Under the pieces are notes generated by a model that was given only the letters and a program-made list of their open reading frames with translations, was not told the DNA's origin and did no database searches. From Azolla caroliniana (Eukaryota > Plantae > Polypodiophyta): DNA of 64,000 nt. The stretch spans positions 1 to 64,000 of the forward strand of contig JBHGNT010000011.1 of assembly GCA_043228905.1 (NCBI GenBank), written 5' to 3'. The position numbers were made by a program, and so were the translations under genes. This document shows, piece after piece, positions 48,854 through 61,544 of this stretch (its first letter is position 1; every line of letters starts with the position of its first letter).

Positions 48854-51800
48854 TCTACTATTATGAGTTAACCAAGATATCTAGTACTAGTTATGTATGT
48901 AATTGTTCCTTATTATTTTGCTAGCATCATGTGCATAGTTGCTCCCTTGTAGTATTTACACTTGGCACATGCATGCATACCTACATGCTCTATTGTAGAT
49001 TCACATGCGTGCAACAAGTATGCATGCCATGTAGTATAAATAGAGGAGTTCACCTTGAAGGAATTCAAGGTGAACAACACCAGTTATGGAGTCTTTCCTT
49101 TAGTACTATATTCTTTCTTGTCCATTTGGTTATCTTCTTGGTTGTCTCTTGAGTTTATGATCCGTGACAACAAGCCTCCATTGAGGCGCCGAAGGACGTC
49201 GTGCCATGGTTGGATGTCGAGTTGGAGCAGCTCTTCAAGTGTGAACTCTATTTCCTTGGCGAGTATAGGTTGTAGTTGGGGGTTGTTAGTCACGAAGGTG
49301 CTGGTGTAGCTCTGTACTTCGCGTAATGTGAGTCATAATTTCAAATTTAATATTTGTTGGAGCAAGACTGTGTTGACTTCTTTGATTGGGGCAGATTGGG
49401 AGATGGGAATGTCGGTTGGTGTTACGATGAGGGGGGGTGTACCCGTGTGTTGGGGTGCAGGATTTACCCATTCTTCGAGTTGCTTGAAGTTTAGGCTCGA
49501 AAGACTAAGCAATCTTTTGCACAGTTCGGTTCGGATGAGTTTGATGTACTCTTCAACCTTTTGTTTTTCAGCTATTGGGTTTGGGTATGCTGCTAGGTGT
49601 GCGGGCAGCTCTTGGTTAGGGTTGACGGGTATTGTTTCTACGTCTCCCTCCGGTTCTTGTTCTTGCTTTGAGGCCTGCGTGGATGCATTTTTTTTGGATT
49701 TTCATCTCTTACACGTAGTCGTGGGGAGGCCTTGGTCGTGACACTTTAAGTTATGAGCTATTCTTTGAGCTCGTGTGATGACATTGGCGCCAACCGTTGA
49801 TGGTACGATAGATAATAGGTTTGCGCCAATCCTTTTCTTTTTTTCTGGGCAATCGGGTACTAAGTGATCTTTACCACACCCTGGGCATGATGCTTCTCTT
49901 TGGAACCACTCGATAACGTCTTGTGACTGTTGAGTGAGACTTTGCACTGGTGGTTGTGGGGTTGTTTCGAGTGAGGGGTGTCGTGGTCGTTGTGCCATCG
50001 GGTTGTAGTATTCATGTTTGGTTGGGCACTCGCTAACCATGTGTGGGCCTTGGCAATTGAAACATTTCAATTCTGGCCTCCTTAGACCACTATTGTTTTA
50101 ATATCCCATCGACGATTCCTATTGTTCTCCTCTCAAGACGTAGACCGGTATTTGGTCACCTTCGAAGTCGACAAAGTGGGAAAGCACCTCTTCTTCAACA
50201 CCATACCCCTGGTATGCTTCATATTCGGGGGTGACCCCCCCAACCTGAGTTTGGTTATCGGTGGTATATTCTAGTTCGGCGAGGCGAGTGCCGATATGCA
50301 GTAGTGGGGGTTGTTGGGGAAGTATTTCTGGTAGTTGTGGGCGGCTAAACGGTGGAGGTGAGCATGGGTGCTCTACCATTGGTGTTTGGCTATACCTTCC
50401 GTTTGGGGCTTGCCAACAGTTCTCTTGAGAATGCATCACGAAAGCTTTGCACCACTTACAATATTGCGACCGTCGTTGGTGGAGGAGGGGGCACTCATGC
50501 CCCTTGTGATGGCCATGGCATACTGTACACCTTACATTTTCTCTTTGGGTGTATGCTTGGGGTCTTTCTATACGGGGTGGTCTCGGTGGCATGGGTAGAG
50601 TAGGGTCTGAGGGCTTCTCACGGTTGTTCGTAGGCTCTTGAGTGGGTATTCGTAACCCGCTCATTGAATCCTCGAAGGTCATCACTACCGTGCAAGCTTC
50701 AGTGAACGACCGACACATCCTGGCAATCAGAAAGTTTTGGAGCGTCGGATCGAACAGCCCATTGATGAAGCGGCTCATCAATTTGTCATCTGACATCTTG
50801 TCACTCGGGCTACAACGATGGTGTAGGCTTTTCATGCGGCGTATGTAGTCCCTGACCGTCTCATTTGCTTCTTGCTTGAGGGCGAAAAGTTGGTCGATCG
50901 GGTTCCATTTATTCCCTCAACGAGCAAAGTTTATCAAGAAATCTTTGATGACGTTCCCGAAGTCCGCGACGATGTCTTCATTCAAGGTTCTAAACCAAAT
51001 TCTGGCTTGGTCATCTAGTGTAAACCCAAATGCGGTTACTTTGGTGGTCTCTATGAGGGGTTCATAAGCGCGACATATCTGTTTGAACCTCTCGACGTGA
51101 TCATAGGCGTCACCGAAACCGAGAAAACGGGGTACTAGTTTAGAAATGGAAGCACTCTTCCCGCTGTCGTTTGTAGGGTTTCTCGAATGGTCCATAGGTG
51201 CTCGCTCTTTTTCCATCAATGCCATGAGGGTTTGGATGGATTGTAACGCTAGTGCGAGTTTGGTGATTGGGGATGTCGAGGAAGTTTGGTCGGGTGTAGG
51301 GGTCGTGTCCATACGTGGTGGTCTCGGGTGTCGTTGCGTGTGGGCTTCGTTTGGACTGTCGCCCGTTGTGCTTGAATGCGGTGGGGGGCTGCGCTCACGG
51401 CCTCGATGGTGCATATGCGACGATGGTTCTAGGAGGTGAAGTTTTTGTTGCACTCGTGCGAATCTGTCTTTCCTTTCTACCAAAGCGTCTTCGATATCTC
51501 GGGTGATGCTTTCCGGTTGTCCTCCTTTCGCGAGTTGTACCGCCCATATATTGATTTCTTGTTCTATCACTCGTAACTCCCGTGCGGCATCCCGTATGTG
51601 TCGCTCTACGTTGAATGGGTATGCCATTGGACTCTCCTGTAGTGGGGGCGTGGTGAGAGGTGCTTTAGTTCCTAGGCTCGATGGGAGGTTCATGTTTGGT
51701 AGCGTCCCTGGAGTTAGCCACCCTCCGTGGTACCGAGTCGGGTTAGGTGGGTTAGCATCATGTGTTTGGTTGGTTTGGGGGGACTCCTCGTGGCGTGTGG

Positions 51801-51899
51801 GTCAGGTTTTGAACATCTCTGTCCATGAGGATCCGGCCATGTTTTCTTGTCAAGCTTTCATAAGTTCGTCGAACTTTAAATCTTTTGTTGAACTTTGAA

Positions 51900-52290
51900 T
51901 CTTTCGTCGAATGATGAGGGTTCGTCGAATGATGAACCTTCGTCGAATGATGAGGGTTCGTTGAATGATGAAGCTTCGTCGACGAATGATTAACCTTCGA
52001 TGAATGATTAACCTTCGTCGAATGATGAAGGTTCGTCGAAGGATGAACCTTCGTCGAATGATGAGGGTTCGTCGAAGGATGAACCTTCGTCGAATGATGT
52101 GAACCTTCGTCGAATGATCAACCTTCGTCGAATGATGAAGGTTCGTCGAATGATCAACCTTCATCGAAGGATGAACCTTCGTCGAATGATGAGGGTTCGT
52201 CGAATGATGAACCTTCGTCGAATGATGTGAACCTTCGTCGAATGCTGAACCTTCGTCGAATGATGTGAACCTTCGTCGAAGGATGCTTCT
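51900..52290. repeat. CpG-rich tandem array with a unit of about 18 bp (ttcgtcgaatgatgaacc variants) in the Athila-like leader
   Basis: About 20 TTCGTCGAA-cored units. Confidence 0.92.
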
Positions 52291-52514
52291 CTTATCGAAC
52301 TCTGTTCTTTTGACGAACTTTGCGTGGGAAATTTGAATTTTTTTGGTGCCAACGGTCGTTTCGTGCCCCGTGGGATGATCGTAATCCATGAGAATCGCGG
52401 TGGTTATGCTTGCCTTGTAACGGCTCAATCTCCACAATGTTTAGTGTTAACCGAACAAATAGCTTGTTGATGTCCGGGCGATTAAGAGGTGGTAGTTCAA
52501 AACTTCTTTTAAAA

Positions 52515-52775
52515 AATAGAAAATCAACTTAATTAAACTATGAATTAGTGAGAAAAAACAGAAAATCAACTTAATTAAACTATGAAATAGTGAGAAAAAT
52601 AGAAAATCAACTTAATTAAACTATGAGTTAGTGAGAAAAAACAAAAAATCAACTTAATTAAACTATGAATTAGTGAGGAAAAACAAAAAATCAACTTAAT
52701 TAAACTATGAATTAGTCAGAAAAACACAAAATCAACTTAATTAAACTATGAAATAGTGAGGAAAACAGAAAATAG
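52515..52775. repeat. AT-rich tandem array with a unit of about 41 bp (aaaatcaacttaattaaactatgaattagtgag...) next to the PBS
   Basis: Six near-identical units. Confidence 0.92.
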
Positions 52776-55469
52776 TGGTTCTCTTTTGATTTCTTCCTTC
52801 GTTAAGTGGGTTGCCTCCGAGTTTTCGACTACTTGAAATAGGCTTCAAGTGTCGGTCGTATCCCCGGCAACGGCGCCAAATAGATGTTAAGGATCTATGT
52901 ATCGATGGAGTAAGCTCCTCAATGTCGTGGCGGGATTCGGACCGGTGTATACCCTCTTGATGGCGAATCGGGCGGAGATGGTTGTCGGATACCTCTGAGC
53001 CTCACACTCACTCAACGATTAGTAAATGATTAACTACGATATCTCTCTCACTCTCTCAAGCTCTTTGTCATAGACAATAGATCAATAGATATAGACAATA
53101 AGAAGCAAGAGTATGTCTATTATTAACCCTCTTTGCTAAGAGGTCTAGCACCAACAAGGAGAGAGATTAGTGTTCTCTAACTCAACACTTCACTAATCTC
53201 TCTTAAGCTCAAAGGTTACAAGAAAGAGGAGAGGAAGCTCTAGCTCTAATCAATAGGAGATCTTTACAAATGGGAGAACCCCCACAAAGCCACTACTATG
53301 TGGTTTATATAGCTTTCACGTTTAGGGTATGGGCCTTTCACACTCCGATGTCCTTTAGCCCTCTTTCCTCTTGTCAATCCCTCTTCGTAGGTCCTTTAAC
53401 CATATTGTGTCCTTGTTGATGCGCTCTTCTTCACAACTAGTTGTGGTGTTATTCAAGGTCTTAACAGTATTATGAATACTATCTGACACTCTATTCGTAC
53501 TATTAATACTATCAGACACTCCTAAGGGAAGAATTGACTCTAGTACATGCTATGATTTGATTTACTTGTCTTCTTGGCCTATGGGGACAATTGATTGTGA
53601 TATGCCCTGGTCCACCGCAATAAAGACATAATCGATTAGCACATCTTCGTTGCTTTTCTTCTTCCAATAACGGGCCACATCGACGCATGGTGTCGATCTC
53701 CATTGGTGTTGGATTATTTGTTTGAGATATGTCTCACGCAAACGGTTTAGTTGCAACTGAGCCATATGTGGGCTCCGGGCTAGGGCGTGGTATTTGGAGT
53801 TTGTGTTCTGAATGTCGTTCGAAAAGGCGGTTGTCGCAACGAACCGCTCGACTGATTGCCTCTATAAGAGACTTTGGTTCTTCTGGGAAGGTTAGAAGTA
53901 AATCTTTGACATCATTTCCCAAGCCGTAGAGAAACTGCTCCATGAGTGTTTGATCATCCTAGGGGGTATCTGAGGCGAGTAGTCGGAAATTCGTCGTGTA
54001 GGCAAAGATTGGACGATCGCCTTGACGCAATCGTCGGATTTTGTTGATCGATGTCCTGATGTTGTCTGTATCTCCAAAGCAAGCTTTAAACTCCCTAATA
54101 AAGTCTTCAAAGTGATTAAGTAAAGGTGATTGTTTTTCTAGAAGCGGAGCAAACCATGCCAAGGCTGAGCCGCTAAGCAACGTGCCTATTAGGCCAACTC
54201 GGGATGCATTAGTGGGGTATCTAGTAGGATGCATTTGAATGACAAAGTGTACCTGATTAAGGAATCCCCTAAATTGTGATCGCGTTCCATCAAATTTCAC
54301 AGGAAGTCCAATCTTGGGCTCTTTATGAAATCCTTGGGGACTTGATCCTTGTTGTTGCAACGCTGCTTTGAGTTGTTGCACACATAACGCTAACTCCCCA
54401 TGTTGCTGCGTTTGCTGTTTTTCTAGGGCGATTTGTTGAAGATCCCCTAGCAATCGTTGGTTTTCTTGTTCCAAGGCAACAAATTTTTCTTTTAGACACT
54501 GAAGCTCAGAGAAAACGGATTGGTATTGGGCACTAACAGAAGCTATTGTATAGAAAAAAGATAAGAGGATGAGGGAAACCAAAAGGAATACTAGAGACAA
54601 AATTGGTCCAAACTGTCAGGAATAGTACTAAAACAGAGTGAGAATTAGTACTTGAGAAGGGAAGTATTATTAGTACTAAGAGTACGGGACTACGTAAGAC
54701 TCCCGAGAGAGGAAGAGAGAAGAGGAGAGAGAGAGAGATAGCGAGGATGAGAGAGAGAGAGAGAGAGATGGTGATAATAGATAATATATTATGTGAAGAG
54801 TAAGTACAAAGGGATATGAGGCTTAAGACTAGCGTTGAACCAATTTAAGAGCTCGACCTATATAATATAAGGTCATGGGTTCGAGTCTCGCCATATCATG
54901 ACAATGTCCCCAATCAACTTAAGAGATGCAGTGATACTTTCCCATTTTATTCCCATGTAGCGCCATCCTCTAAAAGGAAGGATGGTGACTTATCAAGTTC
55001 AGCCTTTCATTTCTTTTTCAATATCAAACCTAAAAGATGTCTTACAACCTGATGCCGACTATGATAAGTTTGTTCTTGTTGACTTAAATTGTGTAAGGTA
55101 AAATACTCAAGTATTTTGAATACTAGCCAGAATACTTCAAACTTTCTGAGCAAATTACCAGAAGGCCCCTATATAATAGTAAATTTTGCACTACATAGGT
55201 GTTATGTAAGATTGTCCCTTCTTATGGGGGAGTCGGCCGAAAAGCCGACTGGAGAGTCGACTGGTTGAAATCGGCTGAGAAGTCGAAATGAGTCGACTGA
55301 CCAAAATCGACCAAAAAGCCAAAACGAGAGTCGGCTTGCCGAAATCGGTCGAGAAGTCGAAACAAGAGTTGGCTGGCCGAATTCGGTCAGAAAGCCAAAA
55401 TGGGATTCAGTCGAATGGGAGTCAACCGAATAGAAGTTCGAACGAAAATATGTATTCTACCGGACACTT

Positions 55470-55655
55470 GGTAAAACCTATTAGTGACACTCAGTACCTC
55501 ATGTAAAGAAGACAACGTATCTTTACAAGTAGTAAAGACAAGTATTTTAAAAGAAGAGACAAGAAGAAAGGATAAAAGTGTCTTGTCTCAATCGGAAGCT
55601 AATGTGACCCAAGAGCTTAGACGAAGAAACAAACATAGAAGTCCCGAAAATGGTC
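55470..55655 (+). pseudogene. Copia gag fragment related to the 8692-14012 element
   Basis: TLSTSCKEDNVSLQVVKTSILKEETRRKDK versus TLSTSCTEDNLSLQTVKTSILNEEARRRDK. Confidence 0.7.
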
Positions 55656-58116
55656 TCATTGGTTAATCATAACAATTTCATAGAAATGCTACACAAACCC
55701 ATATATACGAACGGAAAGAAAATAACCTTTGTGCCACCCAGATTGAACCTGAAATTCCCTGGAAACAAGATCTAAAATGGATGGCCAACCTAGGTCCCGG
55801 GAAAGGCGGTGTACATAGACTAGGAGAGTGAGGGCGCTTCTCTGTGGCCCTTAGCCCAATAGGTGTATCCACACCTCTCTCAAACAACCCTACCTGTCAG
55901 AACCAAGAGTAAAAGATAGAGAGATGGAAGAAAGATATAAGAGAACACGAGAAGAAAGGAAGGAAGTGTTAAGAGAAGAATGAGTGTATTAAGATAGGAA
56001 AAGAATGAGAATAGATACAAGATATGTAATCAGAGCTAAAGACTAGTGTTGATTCGAATTGATTTGAGAATATATGTATGCCCTTATTTATAGGTTCCTA
56101 TAGAATAGCTTAGAGATTTCTATAATGTTCTAGAATGTTCTAGACCTAGAATGCTCTAGGACATTCTAGAACATTCTAGAATAATCTAGAGTTTTTACAA
56201 TAATCAATGTAATACGAGAAGTAGCTTTTATTTTTTCACATAACAATGAGCTATCTTAATGGTTGAGGTTTTCATGTATGGATTACAAGGTTCGAGGTTC
56301 AAGTCAGGGTGATGCCATAATGGTCATGTATTCATGACACTATCCCTCCTTCGAGAACGCCGAGTGGAAGTCGGCGTTAACATTGTTGGGCCGGGTTTGT
56401 TTGGATAGTGACGATGGAAGTCGTCGACAAGAGCTTGAGCATTACAAACGTTATCAACAAGTTCCCAACTGCGATCACTCAGAGGATAGCCAAGCCAATC
56501 AACTAGATAATAAAGCTTATTGCGCACAATCTTAGAATCGAGAATAGCAGCTACCTCGTATTCGGGGCCGTCCACAAGTTGTACAGAAGGCGGTGGTGGC
56601 ACGACACAATTAGGAATTAAAGAGGTGCGGCAATGTTCCAAAACAGAGCTATGAAAGACAGGGTGAAGCCGCATATGTACAAGAAGGTTAAGAGGAAATG
56701 TTGCATCATTAATCCGCACCGTGATGACAAAAGGACCTGAGCGTTGATAATCGAGCTTAGCATACGGTCGGGTAGTCTTGATGTGACAACAAAGCAACCA
56801 TACTCAGTCACCAACCTTAAAAGGAGACTTAAGACGATGTCGATCAGCATTGGTCATATGGTGCGCTTGAGCTTTCTGAAGATGTGAAGATAACTCGAAC
56901 TGCATTTGTTGTAGTCGGTGGAGGTGATGCGCCACACTAGGGTTTCGTGACACCTCGGGAAGATCCAGTATACACCATCGAGGGTGGTTGCCAATGTAGG
57001 CAGTGTACCGTGTTGTTGTATGCAAACTCGGCAAGATGTAAAATATTACTCCAATCATCTTGTTGATAACTGATGAAACATCGAAGACATTGCTCGAGCG
57101 TTTGATTTGTGCGCTCTGTTTGTCCATTAGTTTGTGGATGATAAGCCGAAGAGAGTTTGCAAGAGATTTTGAGGCCTGCCCATAGGTGCTTCCAAAAGTA
57201 TGAGATAAATTGAGGACCTCGATCGCTAATAATATCATTTGGGAGACCATGATGGCAAAAACTTCACGCATAATGAGATTTGTAGTTTCTTCACTATTGA
57301 TGGTCTTTACACACGGTACAAAATGTGTTATCTTGGTGAACCGATCCACTACTGTTAAAATAGTATCAAAGCCTTTGGAAGGTGATAGATCCGTAATGAA
57401 ATCCATAGAAATAGACTGCCATGGCTTGTTGGGAGGAGGTAGTGGTTGTAGTAAGCCATAAGGATGATGTCAAGGTATTTTGGCGCGACAACAGGTGTCA
57501 CAAGTGCGAACATAATCTTCGACAAATTGTTGCAAGTGAGGCCACCAAAATGAACGTTTCACCAGCTCAATGGTCTTGGCAATACCAAAATGTCCAGCCA
57601 TGAGGGCATCATGACAATGTTCTAACACTTAAAGTCGGGGCGATCCGTCAGGGACGTAAAGGAGATTCTTGTAAAAGAGTAAGCCATCTTGCCACTCGAA
57701 GTCTTGATAATGTTGAGATGACCCTTGCAATGTGGAGCAAGATGGATTACTTGAACCAATGTGGGATAAGAAATCCTTATCGAAATCATCAGAGTGAAGT
57801 TGCTACCGAATAGTGTCAAGAAGGCTTGAATCAAGTCACGGTGTGGCATAAATTGTTGTTGCCTGTAGCTTTGATGGCCCGAGGAGAATCTGCTTTTGAT
57901 TGCCAAAGGCCGGGTCTCTAGGTCGAAGTGCTAGATACAACCGTCGAGACAAAGCATCTACTTTCCCTTGTTGTTTTTCGGGGCGAAAAATGATCTTGAA
58001 ATCGAAATGCGTTAGAAATTGGGCCCACCGAGCTTGTCGTCTATTTAATACTCGAGCTGTTTGAAAATATGTGAGATTTTTGTGATCACTAGAAAGGATA
58101 ATTTGATGAGGCGATC

Positions 58117-61100
58117 TTTTAGAGACATGTACTAATGTAAGCGTAAAATAAGGATAGAATATAGATAGATAGATAGAAAGTAGAGAGAGAAAGAAGGGTG
58201 CCGATCCACCCGACCACCCCCAAGCGAAGGGATCGAGACGGACTCGAGCCTCGATCGGCGTCCCATACCACTGCCGTGGCGTCGAGTCATACATGGTGCT
58301 AGCACGCTCGCTACAAGAGTCGAACCACTCACAAATAGAGTCTCGACGTTGGCAATAGATGCTGAAATGAGGGTAGTTAGGCCTCTTATTTATAGCGATA
58401 CCCAAGGCCCCCTGCCATGTTCACACTTGGCCTAATGGGTTGTCTCATTCCCGAGGATTAAAAGTAATCCTCCCCTTCTTTACACTCTTATTTAACCCTC
58501 ACACTTATCCACGTGTATAGAATACTACGGTAAATTCTCACCACGGGATATTATATGGCCATGCCCGTAACATACTCCCCCTCTTTAAAACATTGCACTC
58601 TTGCAATGGAAAGTTAGGGAAGTTTGTTCTTAGAGTATTTTTGCGTTCCCATGTTGCTTCTTTTATTGATTTATCCATTTATTTTATTTTAAATTCTCAG
58701 ATTTCTTTAGTGCGTTTTTTTTTGTTTTAACATCGAGAATTCTTTTTGGTACATGTGGTTTAGAAAATAAATCTTCAGAAGTAACTAGAGTTTCAGTTGT
58801 AACTGTATTATCGCCAGAACCTAGAAGTTCTTTTAGATGACTTACATGACAGACTGGATGAATTCCAACACCATCGGGAAGATCGAGACGATAGGCTGAT
58901 GACCCAATGCGTTTGAGGATTGTAAAAGGTCCACAAAACCGTGGAGCTAACTTAGCGTACTTACCCGTAGACAATGTCTTAGACTTGTGAGGTACATGTA
59001 AAAATACCTTCTGTCTAGGGTTGAATGATGATCTGCATAAAAACATGCTCCATCTTGAGTTGTTTTTATATTATCTCATGCAATATGCAACATATCTTGC
59101 ATATCCCGAAGGAAGTTTTGTGTACTTCGCAACTCATCTTTTTGTAGAATACGCAAAAAGGATGTTGTCGCTTACAATTGTGATCCATGAATTTGTTGGG
59201 TGTCTTGTGTTTCCCTACGAATTGCGACTGCTTAGTCCCAGGCACTTCGTTGGGTTTGTTGTGGTCCTTCTTCGAAGTGCGTTGATAGCGAAGAACTATT
59301 TCAATGGCCTCTTCGAAGGATTTTGGATCCTTCTCGTGCATTATCCAGTGATAGTCCGAATTGGGGATGTCGTTGACAAAACAAGCTATTAACCAGTTGT
59401 CCCCTTCTAGACCCGATTTTTGGATTTGGGTTCTAGCATGGTTGACATAGTCTTCTAGCGAGAAAATTTCTGGCTAGAGAGGTTCATTAAGGCTTGTGCT
59501 GCCTCGGTTCGAGAGGAAGGTTGCAGAAATTGGCCCTTGAAAGCTGTGACAAAATCGGTCCAGGTATCAGGCATTTTCCCCAAAGTGCGGAGCCCACGCC
59601 ACCAGGTGGCGGCCTTACCCCCAAGTTCTCGGCTGACATATGCAATCTTCGTACTATCTGGCGTGGGATAGAGCTCAAAATGAGACTCCCATCGACCCAG
59701 CCACATGCAGATTGCTTTTTCGGTTTTTTCCTTTTTGTCTCCCGTAAATGGCTTAACGACAAACGATGGTTCACCCTGTCGCTCATCAGGTTTATTAGTC
59801 TCACGTTGTAAACTAATGACATGTGCCTCGAGAGCACTCTGAGATTGCCGAAGTTTGGTCATCTGTTGAGCGGTGAAACTAAGGTATTGGCTTATTTGCG
59901 AAAAATACATCTCAATAGACATTTGTCCAGGAGGATTCCCTTGAGTTCCTTCCGCTTGAGCGAATGACATCGGGTCATTATTTTGAGCCATTGAATGATT
60001 ATTTCTAGCAAAGAAATAGGATAAGGTCAGACAAATAGTCATAACATCATGTCGTGATGCAAACATATCATGGATAAACATTAATCGATATCATGATCTC
60101 ACGTCAATACCCCTCTACACGTATGAGATGAGGTTCAAGATCAGGTTACTATGGTAACACAAAGGTGTTTTAAAAACCATGGGGGTGACAAATTAATGTC
60201 TTTCCCTAATCTCTATATCGATTTTGTCATGGCGGCTCCTCGAGGCTCAACCATGTATGTTCACGTCATCAGTAGTTTATACACGAAAAAAATGTTAACA
60301 CTAAACTATGTTCCGGGGCCCACATATGTGGTTTCGGCTCTTTGAGTCCTATTACGAGGACCCCGAAGTGCACTTAGACCTCAAGTCTAAACATGTGTTA
60401 TAGTCATATGTATCAACGATGTTGTATGGTCTTGGTCATATTTGTACTTGAGACCTCGAGGACAAATACATTAAACACTTGAACTTATATACACATATAT
60501 GTATATTATCACATATATACGATCAACTACGTATACACGTGACCACATATGCCTATATTAAACAAATCATTATATTTAATAGCCAAAAATGACGTAATCG
60601 AGGCATATACCTCTACGCACATGAGACATCCAAAAAGAAGGGTTAATTGTAATACGCAATTGAGGTATTGACCTCTTATGCATATGAGACCAAACGCATA
60701 TCATTTACAACGAATCGAGGTATTGACCTCATACGCAAACATAACATATGTTTGTGAATGTAATACGCAATTGAGGTATTAACCTCGTGCGCATACGACA
60801 CTCATCACATATTCAATATACGTCAAATGAGGTATTGACCTCATACACATATGTAAACGTTTTATACAACCAATGAATTACTACTACAAAATCATTTAAT
60901 TAATGAAAAAATCTACAAATTAACCATACACATTATTAGATGGGAGAAGAAAAAAAATAGAAAAAAAAGGAAAGATTACCGAAGTTCCTTTGTTGATCGT
61001 TGTCTGCATGAAGGCCGACCGCACAACAATCGATCACTATCCATCGTGAAGGCAAAAGAAACATTAGAACATAGGCTCAGATACCAACTTTTGGAGACAT

Positions 61101-61544
61101 GTACTAATGTAAGCATAAAATAAGGGTAGAATATAGATAGATAGATAGAAAGCAAAGAGAGAAAGAAGGGTGCCGATCCACCCGACCACCCCTAAGCGAA
61201 GGGATCGAGATGGACTCGAGTCTCGATCGGCATCCCATACCACCACCGTAGCGTCGAGTCGTACCTAGTGCTGGCACACTCACGACAAGAGTTGAACCAC
61301 TCACGGACAAAGTCTAGACGTAGGCAATAGATGCTGAAATGAGGGTAGCTAGGCCTCTTATTTATAACGATACCCAAGGCCCCCAACCATGTTCACACTT
61401 GGCATAATGGGTTGTCTCAATCGCGAGGATTAAAAGTAATCCTCCCCTTCTTTACACTCTTGTTTAACCCTCACACTTATCCACGTGTATAGAGTACTAT
61501 GGTAAATTCTCAACACGGGATATTATATGGTCATGCCCACAACA
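58117..61544 (-). mobile_element. Internally deleted, tRNA-Met-primed chromovirus-type gypsy element (gag plus INT C-terminus and chromodomain only)
   Basis: 456-bp LTRs at 58117-58572 and 61089-61544. TSD CGATC. PBS TGGTATCTGAGC at 61075-61086. PPT at about 58573-58584. Gag at 60081-59100; KLAPRFCGPF...HVSHLK at 59000-58850. Confidence 0.9.
60598..60845. repeat. Array of five palindromic GAGGTATTGACCTC motifs with about 56-bp period
   Basis: Motif starts at about 60600, 60662, 60717, 60773 and 60829; the spacers are more diverged than the motif. Confidence 0.8.

Larger units (their letters stand above)
43880..49169 (+). mobile_element. Intact Tcn1/Tf-like chromovirus (element A), innermost and youngest member of nest 1
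   Basis: 353-bp LTRs at 43880-44232 and 48817-49169 with no differences seen. Perfect TSD ACAAG. PPT at 48803-48816. Open gag and pol. Confidence 0.98.
41631..53466 (-). mobile_element. Non-autonomous Athila-like gypsy element (gag and protease only), middle member of nest 1
   Basis: LTRs at 41631-42044 (about 170-bp deletion) and 52885-53466. TSD GTACT/GTATT. PBS TGGCGCCGTTGCCGGGGA (tRNA-Asp type) at 52861-52878. PPT at about 42045-42053. Gag at about 51693-49700 and PR-like segments at 43878-42600. No RT, RNase H or INT. Confidence 0.85.
37898..54903 (-). mobile_element. Degenerate Tcn1/Tf-like chromovirus (element B), outer member of nest 1
   Basis: LTRs at 37898-38345 and 54614-54903 (the latter lacks about 160 bp). 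TSD ATGTA/ATGTC. PPT at 38346-38358. Gag at 54600-53467, PR LLDSGANSCF at about 41400, RT YLDD at about 40410, INT at 39600-38400, truncated chromodomain. Confidence 0.92.

Noticed and set aside
51850-52437. Arg/Ile/His-rich repetitive 195-aa ORF
   Set aside because: Translation of the 18-bp tandem array.
60598-60845. CRISPR-like appearance (palindromic repeat plus spacers)
   Set aside because: The context is a eukaryotic retrotransposon leader, the repeat is only 14 bp, the spacers are partly related to each other, and there are no cas genes.
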